DNA of 63,843 nt, the filler included. It is 17 parts of 17 records of this genome, joined end to end, with 100 filler letters (N's around TTAATTAATTAA, not from the genome) between each part and the next. Parts side by side here need not be neighbours in the genome. Positions count along the whole stretch, not along the records: positions 23,754 to 26,511 come from SRR9188676_2716; positions 26,612 to 28,791 come from SRR9188676_2721; positions 28,892 to 31,215 come from SRR9188676_2727; positions 31,316 to 33,603 come from SRR9188676_2731; positions 33,704 to 36,034 come from SRR9188676_2744; 12 more parts are not named here. One strand, given 5' to 3'. The position numbers were made by a program, and so were the translations under genes. Below, in pieces: positions 23,790-35,590 of this stretch. How positions within the stretch are numbered: the stretch's first letter is position 1; every line of letters begins with the position of its first letter. A model generated the notes under the pieces. It was not told the origin of the DNA. It did no database searches and worked only from the letters and a program-made list of their open reading frames with translations.

Positions 23790-25317
23790 CTTGGCTGAAT
23801 GCATCACTGGCAGCCAGCACAGCCACATGTCTCCAGTTCCATTGCATGAACAGATCGGCAATAGCGATGACCTTCTGGTTGTCAGGCGAGCACGTGCGCA
23901 GGAAGTACGGGTACAGCACCTTGTTGCTCAGGTCCGGGGATGTCGCAGACGGCGAGATCTGGGGAATCTTGAATACCTGGGGGCGATAGAGTATATATAT
24001 GTGAGTGTGTATGTGTGTGAGAGAGGGGTGTGTGAGTACGAGTCAGAGAGAGAGAGCGATGAGTATGTGTGCGAAAGTCCTTCGGCATCCCGGGCGAGAT
24101 CTGGGGAATCTTGAATACATAGGGAGCCAGAGAGTGTTTGCGTGTGTGTGGGTGTGTGAGAGAGAGTGAGTGTGTGTGCTATTCAGAGAGAGCGTATATG
24201 AATGTGTGTGTATGTGTGTGAGAGATCAATATGCATGCGAGGGGTGTAGAGGGCGGGAAACACAATGTGGCCATGTCGAAGGACACAGTTGGGGAATGTC
24301 GGGCATCCACTCTCATCAGTACCATCAGACATACACAGAACAGTCGCAGCCTAAACCCCCAAACCATTCAAACAACCCTAAAGTCCTGAAAACCCTAAGC
24401 ATGAGTGGATGTGTACCCAGTATGTATTTAAAGTACTCATCTCACAATGGTGAATACCAAGAGTGGATATCCTAATATACTCAACAGATACATTTAGGGA
24501 TTGGAATGAAGTATGGTGCTGACTGATACTGATAGAGAGTGTCTCGCCAAACGAAGACATGATATTTTAAGCAGATTCGGTGGTACCTTGAGGAGGGATG
24601 CAGATGTCATAGTGACACCACTGCACGAGGGCCCCACCACTCCTGCCGCGTCAATTCCCAGGGATGCATACAGGGCATTGGCGAGTGCCTCGTCCTGGCT
24701 ACTACACCCTGTGTAGTTTAGTACTGAAATATCATATGCGAATTGTGACAGGAAGATAGTGAGTGTGTGAGCGAATGAGAAAAAAAGAAAGCGATGTGAA
24801 TTGAATCTCAATGGTTTCTTCGGCGGGTGAGAGGGAGATGGTGAGGGAGAGGGAGAGAGACAACGCAAAGCAATCTCGGCCACATACATGCGTGCGGAAG
24901 ACCATTACATCCTTTGTATCAAGGATGACTCATGATGGATGAGGAATAAGCATGTGCAAAGGGAAGGAGGAGAGAGAACGAGAAAGAGAACTGAGAGAAG
25001 AAGCATTGGGGATCGCCAACAAGAAGAACCCATCACCGTGGAACAAAATCATATAATATATTCTCGTGGAATGAAGATAATGACGTACCAGAGTCAATCC
25101 TGGTATTTGGAAGGACGGAATCCAGGTAGCCATCTGTCTTGTTGTTGATTCGGTCGATGGCCAGCAGGGCAGTGCCCAATCTCTCCAGATTTACTTGCAC
25201 ATGTAGTGTTACATTGTTGTATGTGACGGCTTCGCTTCCTTGCAAGAAAAATGAAGTCCATATGAGACCCATCCAAAGCAGCAGAAGGGAGGAGTATGCT
25301 CTTGTGAAGAGTGCCAT
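23790..25317 (-). CDS. Receptor with signal peptide and ANF-receptor/Venus-flytrap ligand-binding domain (class C GPCR, GLR or receptor-cyclase type), 3' truncated
   Basis: Hydrophobic N-terminus. Exons 25317-25089, 24723-24587 and 23976-23790 give ALLAIDRINN..VLPNTRI, GVVGPSCSGVTMTSASLLK and IPQISPSATSPDLSNKVLYPYFLRTCSPD..WNWRHVAVL. Confidence 0.9.
23951..24260 (-). repeat. About 142-bp diverged tandem duplication of an intron/exon junction
   Basis: The exact 26-mer GGCGAGATCTGGGGAATCTTGAATAC occurs at 23951-23976 (exon start) and 24093-24118 (intronic copy), each followed by similar GT/GA microsatellite sequence. Confidence 0.85.
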
Positions 25318-25925
25318 TGTTTGATGAGTCCTCAGTTCTCCCTTAATTTGAACAGTTCTAATTCACTTATATCCAGTTCCAGAATTCAGGATAAGATGAT
25401 AACTTGAAAGGGCTTGAAAAATGTGGAAATTGGCCAACTTGACTGGGATTCCAGTGGAGCTGAGCATTCCGAATGGAGTATTTTACCCCCCCCCTGTTAA
25501 GAGAGAATCTACTTGAAACAGGTTCTGTTGATCCCCCCGATAAACGCATCTAAGAAAAGGGCATGTTCGTTTTTAGATCCGATGATACAAGAGAGCAGAA
25601 TATTCCGAAAGGCTCGTAAAAGGAAACGGATACGGAATACCAACTCATTCTCACTTCCATTCCAAGCCCTCGCGTCGGGTGCCATATTCCAACTTCGTAT
25701 ATATTGGCGTTAAACAACCTGACATTATACCCCCCTCTACGCCTAGATCTGGATCTTTCGCCTTCATAGATCTCCGAAGATGCGATTTCACCCCCCACCT
25801 GAAGATAGTTTGTTCCCCCAAAACACACAAAAATAACTATTTCGATATTTCTGATATTTTCGGCTCTCTCTCTATCTTGCTGTATCACATCTTCTTCAAA
25901 CCAACTTCCAAATTCATCCCCCATC

Positions 25926-26511
25926 ATGACTGATTATCATTTCTCTGGTTCGGACCAGCTTCCCCATCAGAAGGAGCTGAAAGTTGGAGGCATTGTTGCG
26001 ACGCTTCTTGAGTGCCTTAATGTAGAAGAGCGGAAAGAATGCATTTTCCAGCACTGCGATGGAATGATGTGGACAGCCTTGATGTATGCGAGCAAGGAAG
26101 GCCTGACAGACTTTGCAGCCCTGCTTCTTGAATACCTTGATGCGACTGATCGCCAGCCTTATCTGTTTCATACAGCACGATCTGGGGCGACTGCACTTAC
26201 TGTCGCTTGTGAATATGGCAAAGCAGCCAGTGCAGCTTTGCTCCTTGAATCTCTTGACACCAAAGATCGACCTGCCTATCTCCTTCATCAAGATTCAGAT
26301 GGGTATAATGCACTCTTTCATGCGTGCTGGTTTCATCCTCCCCTGGACTCGATCGCATTCCTTCTTGAGCCTCTTGACATCAACCAAAGAGAGGAGTGCA
26401 TCCTCATCAAGAAGACAGCAGTTATGGCAACAGCCCTACATTTGGCTTGTATGAGTGGCAACTTGGCAGCAGCAAGACTTGTTGTCGAGTCTCTTGATAT
26501 CAAGCAAAGGC
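25926..26511 (+). CDS. Ankyrin repeat protein (3' truncated)
   Basis: TALMYASKEG, GATALTVACEYG, GYNALFHAC and TALHLACMSGN repeats. Confidence 0.88.
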
Positions 26512-26611
26512 NNNNNNNNNNNNNNNNNNNNNNNNNNNNNNNNNNNNNNNNNNNNTTAATTAATTAANNNNNNNNNNNNNNNNNNNNNNNNNNNNNNNNN
26601 NNNNNNNNNNN

Positions 26612-28586
26612 CATCACACATCCCAGACCGTATCACATCGCTAGTCTTGAGCGATAGCCTGCTACCCTCCCCGTCCTTAGACTCTTCCCCATCTTCATCC
26701 TCAGCGACATATAATAATAGTAATGTGAGTGGTATGCTAATGGCCCCTCAGGGCATGAGCCCTCGCATGAGCCCGTCCAAAGCACTAGGCACCATTATCG
26801 AAGACAGTATAGGCGACGATGATGATGATAATATTAATAATTATGAGTGCTCGGACACTACTTCTAATGAAAGCAATAGGCTACATGCTCAGAAGGGGAA
26901 GAAGATGGACAATGGTAAAGATCTGGACGAAGAGAAAGCTGGGGATAACATGCAGGGGAATGATGTTCACAAGAACGTGAAGCGGAAACTCGTCATTGCA
27001 GCAGCTGAAGAGCAAGCAGAAAAGTTAGCAGTAGATAGTGCCGGTGAAGAGAGAAATGCAGATAATGATGACTGCGCCGATGCCGTATGCTCGCCTGTGA
27101 CACCTGCAGAAGTATCACACAATTCACTGTCCTCAACCGCTACTCATCTACCACTACCGCAAAGCACTACCCCCCCTTCAGGCAGCAACTCTGATTTTTC
27201 ATCAGAACCATCACAAACACTGGCATTGCCACAGATACAATCACAATCTCATGACAGTGAAAGTGACCCAAGTCATAGTGCACCATCGATTGCGCTGGAT
27301 TCTCGTTCCTCGGACCACACCTCACAGAGTGATAATCATTTAGCCGCCGGAGAGAGGCTAGGTGCCGAGTCACATACACTTGAACAAGGCACACTTGACC
27401 ATAGTACTCTTGAGCACGGCATAGCGATGAGCACTCTCTCACTCTCACCCTCCATTCCTGAAGCATCCACATCATCCCCCCACACACACCCTACTTCATC
27501 TGATACCACGGTCCCAGACAGTACCAGTATTATCGCAGTGAATTCAGGCATGGTAGAAAATGCAGCTACATCAACTCCAGTCACGTCAGGACATCCCGTC
27601 ACGTCAGAGAATACCGTCACGTCAGGCAGTGCCAAACCTGCTCGATCACACAGCACTTTCTCGTTCCGCAATCTGTTCCGTTCACATACTCCTGAAAATG
27701 ATCACACCACACCCTCCCCCACACCCACACCTACCACCCCCACACCCACACCTACCACACCCACACCCACACCCATGCCGAACTCATTATCTCAGCCTAA
27801 GCAGGATGACACCACCCATGAAGCACATGACCAGGCCTCCCAGCCCCAACCGGATGCCCAAAGTGTAATTTCCGAGTCAGAACTTCACGACCCATCATCC
27901 ATGACCATCATTGTCAGCTCCATCACCGCAGTGCCGCTCGATCCCGACGAAGGCTATCTTCCCAACTCTCGCACACCCACCTCTAGGCGAAACTCCACGT
28001 CAGGATTCCTTACCCCCCTACTCGGTGGGGGTGGGGGTGGGGGAATGGGAGGGAGCGGTGCAGTGACACCTAGCTACTCAGCCCCGGTTTCGGCACCTCA
28101 CAGTGCCAGGCCCAGTCTGGATCTGACTGATGAGCTCTATATGTCCGATCTCATGCAACAGCTTCCTCCATCCTCGTTCGCTTACGATCTACTACACTCG
28201 TCACACTCATACCCACACTCTCACTCCTTTGGTGCAAATGGAGCACTCTCGGGTCCAGGCACTGGCACTGGCACTGGCACACCATCTAGAAGTCGTAGTA
28301 ATAGTGCAAGTGGCGGCAATATTTCCGGAAATCATAGTAGTAACAAACGAGGGTCCTTCCTCGGGTTATCGCTAGGTTTGCCCTCGGGTGCGGGGTCTAA
28401 GGGGGGGTCCGGCAGTAAGGGGGTAGGTGGGGTAGGGGGTGTGAAGGCAGCAGGGTGTGGGATGTTCACGCACGAGGAGGTGGCGAGGGAGTATGCGCGT
28501 GTGGTCTCCGAGGACGGTGCTGCTGCACTGGACAAGCTGATTGCCGCCGCTCAGGCTGCGCAGGACGCTCTCTTCGCGCTTTCAAG
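26612..28586 (+). CDS. Long low-complexity exon (S/T/P/G-rich, PT repeats) of an unknown protein
   Basis: About 650 codons open, ending in a helical segment (EEVAREYARVVSEDGAAALDKLIAAAQ) before a GTATGT donor. Confidence 0.65.
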
Positions 28587-29001
28587 GTATGTCATCATCA
28601 TCTTAACTCTTTTATTATTACTATTATTGTCAGAATTATTATTATTATTAGGTAGTCGTAGTAATATCCACACCCCACACCCGCATCTATCATTGTGGAA
28701 AATAAGCAAGAATGATTATTAATAGTAGTAGTAGTGGTAGTAAGATGAGTATTATTATTACGATTATTTATTTTGACTCTGAAAATTTCTCNNNNNNNNN
28801 NNNNNNNNNNNNNNNNNNNNNNNNNNNNNNNNNNNTTAATTAATTAANNNNNNNNNNNNNNNNNNNNNNNNNNNNNNNNNNNNNNNNNNNNAGAGAGTTC
28901 GAGAATGGTCGTCGTGGAATGGGTCTCTCTGTAATATGCACAAAACTCTCCCCGATATGTCCGAGGCAAAAAAAAAAAAATACCAGAAAAAAATGACATA
29001 C

Positions 29002-31154
29002 CAGTCTCTTGTCAACAGGTGCGCCACCCCAGCCATAGAGATAGCAGCAAGCAAGCCCGATCTGCCCCAGGGGGATTGCCTTGTGCGCACAGCCGTAGAA
29101 GTGCATGAACACGAGCTTCTTGTCCGTGTGGGCGAGCGCCTGCACGAGCCACGCCGTGTACAGTGCTGTGGTGATACTGTTTTGCGTCTGCGTGTGGTTG
29201 CTCATTTGGGACTCCTGGAGCCAAAAGTCTGTGACCTTGTCGCGCATGTCCGCATTCAGCGATAAAAACTCCAAGTATGCGGGGTGGAGGTCCGGGAAAG
29301 TCGGGAACCAGGGGGAAATGCATTCATTGTGGCTCAGCATCTTGTACTCGCCCCCAGCTTTTCCCAGCTTAGTACCAGTAGAATTGGACTTGGCCGAATC
29401 GCGCTTGGTGGGTGGGACAAAGGCCCGGGAAGTCAGAGAAGGGTTCTGGGCTATGATGTGCTGGTAGATAAAGATGACAGGGATTGCACCCAGGGGATGC
29501 TCGGCCATGGGGTACTTTTCGAGGAGTTTGGTGAGCTTCGGAATGGCATTCTGAGGTCTTTTCTCGGCCCAAAGCTGAATAGCCTCGCGTAGGGTCTCTC
29601 TGAGGCCCTCAGGCATAGAGCTAGGGAACACCCGAGGGCTGGTGATTGGGGATGTCGCAATGGGGATAGCTGAGGATGTGGCGATCATGGACTGGTCCAG
29701 TGGGTTTTGGCCATAATAAGAGTTCTTGGGGAGAGAGAAGCTATCCGGTTCGTCACTGTCCAGAAGAAGTAAAGCAAGGCGCCCTCCTCCGCCAGTAGTA
29801 GCGGGGACAGAAGACACAGGGGTACGTGTAGCAGTGTCCGAGGGAGGGGTGGAGGATGGCACAGATGCAGCAGCTGCTGGGGTAGAGGATGTCATAGTAG
29901 GAGATGTCACAGTCGGGGTAGAAGACGATTGTGCCGTAGATGTGGGGGTAGGGGAGGGTACAGTCGCAGAAGGAGAAGCACAAGTAGAAGTAGAGGATAT
30001 ACTCGTATGGGCAGGGGAGATGGAGCCATTCTGAGCGACAATAGTAGGAAGTACATATGTAGTTCGAATGGGCGCACTCTGAGAGCTCTTTGTCTGAGTA
30101 TCAGGGCTAGGGCCAGGAGCAGTGGCAGAAGTAGAAGACAGTGGTGCAGCTGTGTGCAAGGCGGCATGGCCATTCACAGGGCCAGAGGTGGGGGTCGTGG
30201 TAGGGGGGGTGCTTGTCTTAGCAGTAACAGCAGCAGAGGAGCTTGTCCTGGTCACACTGGCATTCATAGATTGTGATGTGCCTGGTGGAGGCGAGGCTGT
30301 TCTCGCACTGACATGTGCCTGAGCTGGGGATGTGGAGTTCGTGGTTGTTGTTTTGCCGAGTCCTGTGGCACTACTAGCGGTAGAAGCACGAGCAGAGACA
30401 GATCCAGATCCATTGGCACTAGTGCTACTTGAAGATTTTCCTGTGAGCGCTGGGCTGGAGCCAGATGAAGTCTTCGCCGCAGAAGAAGAGGTTCGAGCTG
30501 AGAGAGAACCAGTGGTGCCAGTTTTAGTAGTGGCGCTGGTGCTGGTTCCATTCACAGTTGTAGTATGATGGGAAGTACGGGTAGAACTACTACCATTAGT
30601 AATGCTAGTCGTGGAGCCAGTTTTAGTCGAAGTGGTGGACTTTTTCGCTGAGGGGGCAGGAGGGCTCGCCGAAGTAGTTGTAGTCGGCTTAGCCGGGGTG
30701 GAAGTGGGCGGTGGGCTGAGAGACCGGCTGCGGGTTTTCGCCGTCTTTAACGTGGTCCCACTGCTGGTGGTGATTCCTGCAGAAGTAGTAGACCGGGTAG
30801 TGAGACTTGCTGTACTTGAGCTCCCACGCGCGGTTTTCTGGCTCTGAGTTCCTTGCAGGGTCTTGGTGCTAGGGTTCTCAGTGCTTTTGCTGCTCTTTTC
30901 GGACTTGGCTGATTTGCACTTCTGGACCAGTAGGGCTACATCCTCCTCCGTGGCCCTCTTGGTGCGTATTTTCTTCTCCGAGGTAGGGGAATCGGAGCTA
31001 GCTTCGGACACAGGGCTACTATCCGGCGGGAACAGCGACGCGCTTGTTAGGACCTTTCCGCTGGGAGGAGTGCGTGTTATGGCAGCCAGGGGGGTGGCAT
31101 GGTTTCTTGGGGGTGTATCCACAGGGGAAGTTTCATCAGGATATGAATCTGACT
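29002..31154 (-). CDS. Ser/Thr-rich protein with Sel1-like repeat(s)
   Basis: A long S/T-rich exon followed by a helical region and AHKAIPLGQIGLACCYLYGWGGAPVDKRL, which fits the Sel1 consensus A..G...Q..L..CY..G.G...D. Donor at 29001. Confidence 0.65.
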
Positions 31155-31566
31155 GAACAGCGCCTGAGCCTAAATGTTAAGAGTGGAGAAGAAAGAAAGA
31201 AAGAAAGAAAGAAAGNNNNNNNNNNNNNNNNNNNNNNNNNNNNNNNNNNNNNNNNNNNNTTAATTAATTAANNNNNNNNNNNNNNNNNNNNNNNNNNNNN
31301 NNNNNNNNNNNNNNNGTCTCCACCGCCACAGGAGTTTACCACAGTCGGCGTGAAAAAAAAAGAAAAAAAGAAAGAAAAGCAATGAGAATTTCCAGTTTTT
31401 TTTTATTTATTGATTGGTTTTCGATGCTGGGTTGTTTTTGGTAGGTACTGTTGTTTTTCTGAGTTTCTGGATGTTTCTGGTGGGGATAATGCAGAGCTGA
31501 AAAGAATGAGAGGGTCGGACATTAATCGGTCGTCATAAGTCTTAAACAATCATAAAGGTGAGTGCA

Positions 31567-32303
31567 TCAATCGGTGGCCATGGTCTTGTCTTGTGATCGC
31601 AATTTAGGCCCGTTGTCGACGGCGCCCATGCCTGCAGCAGCAGCGGCCTCTGCGTGGCTGTATGGCTTTTCCTTCAACACTTTCAGGCGAAGCTTGTGTA
31701 CTTTGGTCTTCTTGTGCTCATCGAGTGTCTTCTGGTCGATGAAATACCGGCTAGATCGAGATAGAGTTGATTTTGAGATAGAAGACAGAGGAGAAAAATA
31801 AATAGACAGAAAATTGCTTGATCAGCAGGGAGCTCGAGACACAGACCGCAAGAAATAGATGATGAACTATGAGACTGAGCGGACGAGATCGAGATGTGGT
31901 AGGCACAGATGAGAAAATGGTCTTAACATTGCTTACCTGCATTCCACGCAATAATACTGACCCAGGCCGGGGAGCTCGAAGTCGACAGGCAGTGCTTCAA
32001 ACTAGCAAAGTGGATGATGAGTGAACATGAAATCGCCACAGTGACAATACTTTGAGGAGAAAGAAGTAACCAAATACCTTGTGAGAATTTTCGGGTTTAC
32101 AATCTTCAATGACGTATTCGATGGCTAAAAGAAAGACAGATAAGCACTAAAAGAAAGACAGAGAAGATACGATGGGAGACTGAGGAGAAGAAAAGAGCTC
32201 AAAATGACATACGCTTGTCGGACATCCTTTTCCTTCGGATGGACTTCTTCATCTCAACGCCTTTACGGCTGGTCTTCTTCCTCTTGGCGCTTGGCTGACC
32301 CAT
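31567..32303 (-). CDS. ZNF593: Zinc finger protein 593 / Bud20 (60S biogenesis)
   Basis: Absent from the ORF track. Four exons give [69 protein letters not shown]. Confidence 0.93.
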
Positions 32304-32522
32304 TTTTCGTCAATCTTCTTTTTTGTTGTTCCCGAGGAAGGGGAAATACGAATGATCGGGGATGGGAATGCAAAAGTACATAAAATCAGGAGCATACATC
32401 CTTATAAAAACCTTTGAGATGGACATAAATAGGTGGCACTCCCTTTCCCTGCTTAGAAAGCAAGGAGTTCAAATCACGCCGCCAAGCTTGCATTGATCAC
32501 TCTCGAATAGTTCATTGTAGGA

Positions 32523-33304
32523 ATGGACTTTTTTACAAGTGGTCTCACAACCGGTTTGAGCTACATTGTTGGAGACGTTCGAGGAGACCCAACAACAGAC
32601 GCAGAACAGTTCATTGATCGAATCAAAACTTCAGTACTATCTGATGATCGACAGAATTCGGTTCAAGGTCTCAGAGATCTGCTCTCTGGGGATAATAGCG
32701 CTACAGTACAGGATGTATGATGCCGTTTTACCTGTTTTTTTCGAACTCATACCGTTGACTAGGTGATTGGGAGGGCTGGTTTCCCTGCATTATGTGCTGT
32801 GCTTCAACAAGATCGAGAGAATCCTGAATCTGTTTATTTAACACTTGAAGTACTTCAAGAATCGATGCGAGTTGATCCATCTGTATGCTTTTTATTTCGC
32901 TTGTTTCCCCCTGAATTCTGAACCATCATTCTTTCAGCTTCCAGATTCAATTGGATTACGAAATTGTACACTATTTGTGAAGGTATGGAGTTTTTCTTTG
33001 GAATTCTATTGAAATCTCATATGTTCTCATCATTAGGAGAGAAAGCTTGTCGAAATTGTCCTGGATGTCCTTGAGGAATCCGACTTTCGTATTCGACTTG
33101 CCACATTGCATCTCTTGAGTACTTTGGCCGATCATAAGGGACAAGTCCTGCAGGTTTGTCTGATTGATTACTCTACCAACACCTTTAATGCATACTTATT
33201 ACCGAAATTTACTCTCTCTTTTAGGACTGTGTGTTGCGAAATCCTAATGGGATTCCATTCCTCGTTGATGCTATGAACGACAGCAATGTAATCATTCGTA
33301 CTGG
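32523..33304 (+). CDS. USO1: Vesicle-tethering factor p115/Uso1, N-terminal head (3' truncated)
   Basis: Exons give FIDRIKTSVLSDDRQNSVQGLRDL, VIGRAGFPALCAVLQQDRENPE, VLDVLEESDFRIRLATLHLLSTL and CVLRNPNGIPFLVDAMNDSNVIIR. Confidence 0.87.
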
Positions 33305-34041
33305 TGCGTTCAGAAATTATATTATGTTTACATAAAATTTATCATTTATTCTCTCATTGACCTCCTGCAATTCGCGATGTGTGATCACTTTGAAGGGAAC
33401 GAAATGCCGTGGGTTTCTCTCGAGTTTTTCTTGTGATTGCAAGCAATCAGGACCACTATTGTAGGCTCTGGAATTTTCGAAACGCGTTTGCCGTCTTGTT
33501 CCTGAGTCTGATGTTCCAACTCCTGGATATTTTATTCTCGCAATTCATTGTTTATGGTCTATCTAAATATTTATTGAACTTGAACAATTTATTCTCTGTG
33601 GCCNNNNNNNNNNNNNNNNNNNNNNNNNNNNNNNNNNNNNNNNNNNNTTAATTAATTAANNNNNNNNNNNNNNNNNNNNNNNNNNNNNNNNNNNNNNNNN
33701 NNNATCATCATCATCTATTGTTTTCCACAATGAACAATACTGCAGGTGTGGATTAGACTCCAAAAATGAGATGGCTATCAAAAAGTGTGAAATCCATAGG
33801 ATATTTCTCAATAACTGGAAAGGAAGAGAGTGAAAATACAGTAGATCTCTTATCCTCCTTGCTTGACATTCCCAGCGCCAGATACAAATCTAAATATTGA
33901 ACTTGAACACTTGATTTTCGGTCGATGTGGTATATTTTTTTTGTTGGGATTTCAACGAAATGGAAATATTATCGTGAAGTCATGATATTGAAGCGCAAAA
34001 GAAACAAGAATCATAAATTTATATGAACGTCGAGGTCGTAC

Positions 34042-34616
34042 TGTTTTTGTGCCACAGTCAAATACTCCACATAGATCAGCCGGGCAGAATGACGCTTTAT
34101 CAGAGAGCTTATCCTAAAAGTGAAAAATACATGTGGTAAGTCACAGATTATGATCTAGATATAAAAGGTGCAAACCATATGTTTTCGTGACATGTGCTTG
34201 TCTAAGTAAAATTCATTCTTGAATTGCTTGTTGCAATAAAGGCACTGTGAGAACAGCAGATGAGTCATGGTAAAGAAAAAGACTGAGTGGGATGAAAAAT
34301 CTGATCTTACCTCCCATTCACTTCTTCTATTTTCACGTTTTGCGAGTTCATGCTCTAAGAGCATATCATTCTGTAAAGCGTACGCATGAGATTGTGGGAC
34401 AAATGAGACGACTCGCTTTGATCTTACACTCTTTCGAAGAGGGCATTTACTTGGAAGCTTATATTCTGTTTCTTGCACCTTTGCGTAGAGCTCTGATAGC
34501 TGTGATCGAACCACGCGTGACTTGTCACGATCGCAATCTGTGGCACTATGGACTCCAAAGGCCGGCGTGTATAAAAATTGAAGAAGGACTACTACTAGCA
34601 AGACTAGAGCTCGCAT
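34042..34616 (-). CDS. Signal-peptide-bearing C2H2 zinc finger protein of unknown function (3' truncated)
   Basis: Hydrophobic N-terminus MRALVLLVVVLLQFLYTPAFG. Exons give CDRDKSR..YKLPSKCPL..NDML.EHE..EWECLYCNKQFKNEFYLDKHMSRKHM..CPADLCGVFDC. Confidence 0.8.
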
Positions 34617-34804
34617 ATTATATGATTTAATAGCTCAATTTTACTGTCTAAGCCGCAAATAAATGATCGTTTTCTTCCAAAAAAATCGAAGGTTGTCGAG
34701 AGAAAGAAAACGGCTTCCCCGAACATTCTCCTGACAACATTCGTTCGCAAATTTTTTTTTTGTTGCTTTTCATCGCAGGGAACTGAGATTTTTTGGTCCT
34801 AGCT

Positions 34805-35590
34805 ATGAGTTATGGATCCTTTCGACGGGCAGAGCCCTCTTCACCGCCAGCGGTTACATCAGAATATCAGATGGGTACGGGAAAAACAAAGATAACCACC
34901 TGTTTCGGCACTCATGCGCATTTCTGTGTGCTGGATTGTAGTTGCACAAAGATTTCTGCCCAATCCTGAACCTGCTGAGAAAAACGTGATGAAATATGAT
35001 GTGAAATCGGGAGACACCTTGTCGGGCATCGCACTCCGCTACAACATGACCACAGCACGATTGGCCCAGCTCAACTGCCTCCCCTCTCATGGCCTCCTCT
35101 TTCCTGGCCAGGTCAGCTGGATAAAAGTTTGGCGCCAAGCCATCACACCACACTCCTCTTTTTTCCATCCCTGATTTGCTCTCTCAGTCATTTCCTTTTT
35201 CTGGCATATCCTATCTTGCGCATATGAGTAAAATCGACTCTATTCAATCATATTCTATCTGGAAAGATGTCTTGCATTCGATCGATATATCTGCTCAACT
35301 TTCCCCTCGTTTGATTTTCAAGCATTTGGTTCACTCGCTCACTCCTTTCCTAATAGGTGATCTATGTGAGCCGCCCTCCAGAGGATCCAGCTGTTCGTCG
35401 GAAACCGTCTGCTGCAGATCCTTCTCGTTCTGAGTCTTTCTCTTTATCCTTGCAGCAAAATCTCTTAAAGTAAGCTTTTCATCTCACAATTTCATTGTTT
35501 TCGATGAATCGATCTAACCTCTTTTTTCGGACAGCGACGCAAACGAATGTCTCACAAAGCAGATTTATTACCTCCTTCCAAATAACACGG
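34805..35590 (+). CDS. LysM-domain protein (possibly OXR1/NCOA7-like), 3' truncated
   Basis: YDVKSGDTLSGIALRYNMTTARLAQLNCL..LLFPGQ|VIYV. There is no signal peptide. A TLDc domain is not visible, so the subfamily is only inferred. Confidence 0.8.

Noticed and set aside
33561..33910. ATCTAAATA..TATTGAACTTGAACA present near the ends of two neighbouring contigs
   Set aside because: It is a short AT-rich intronic match with no further homology, so it cannot support a repeat family.
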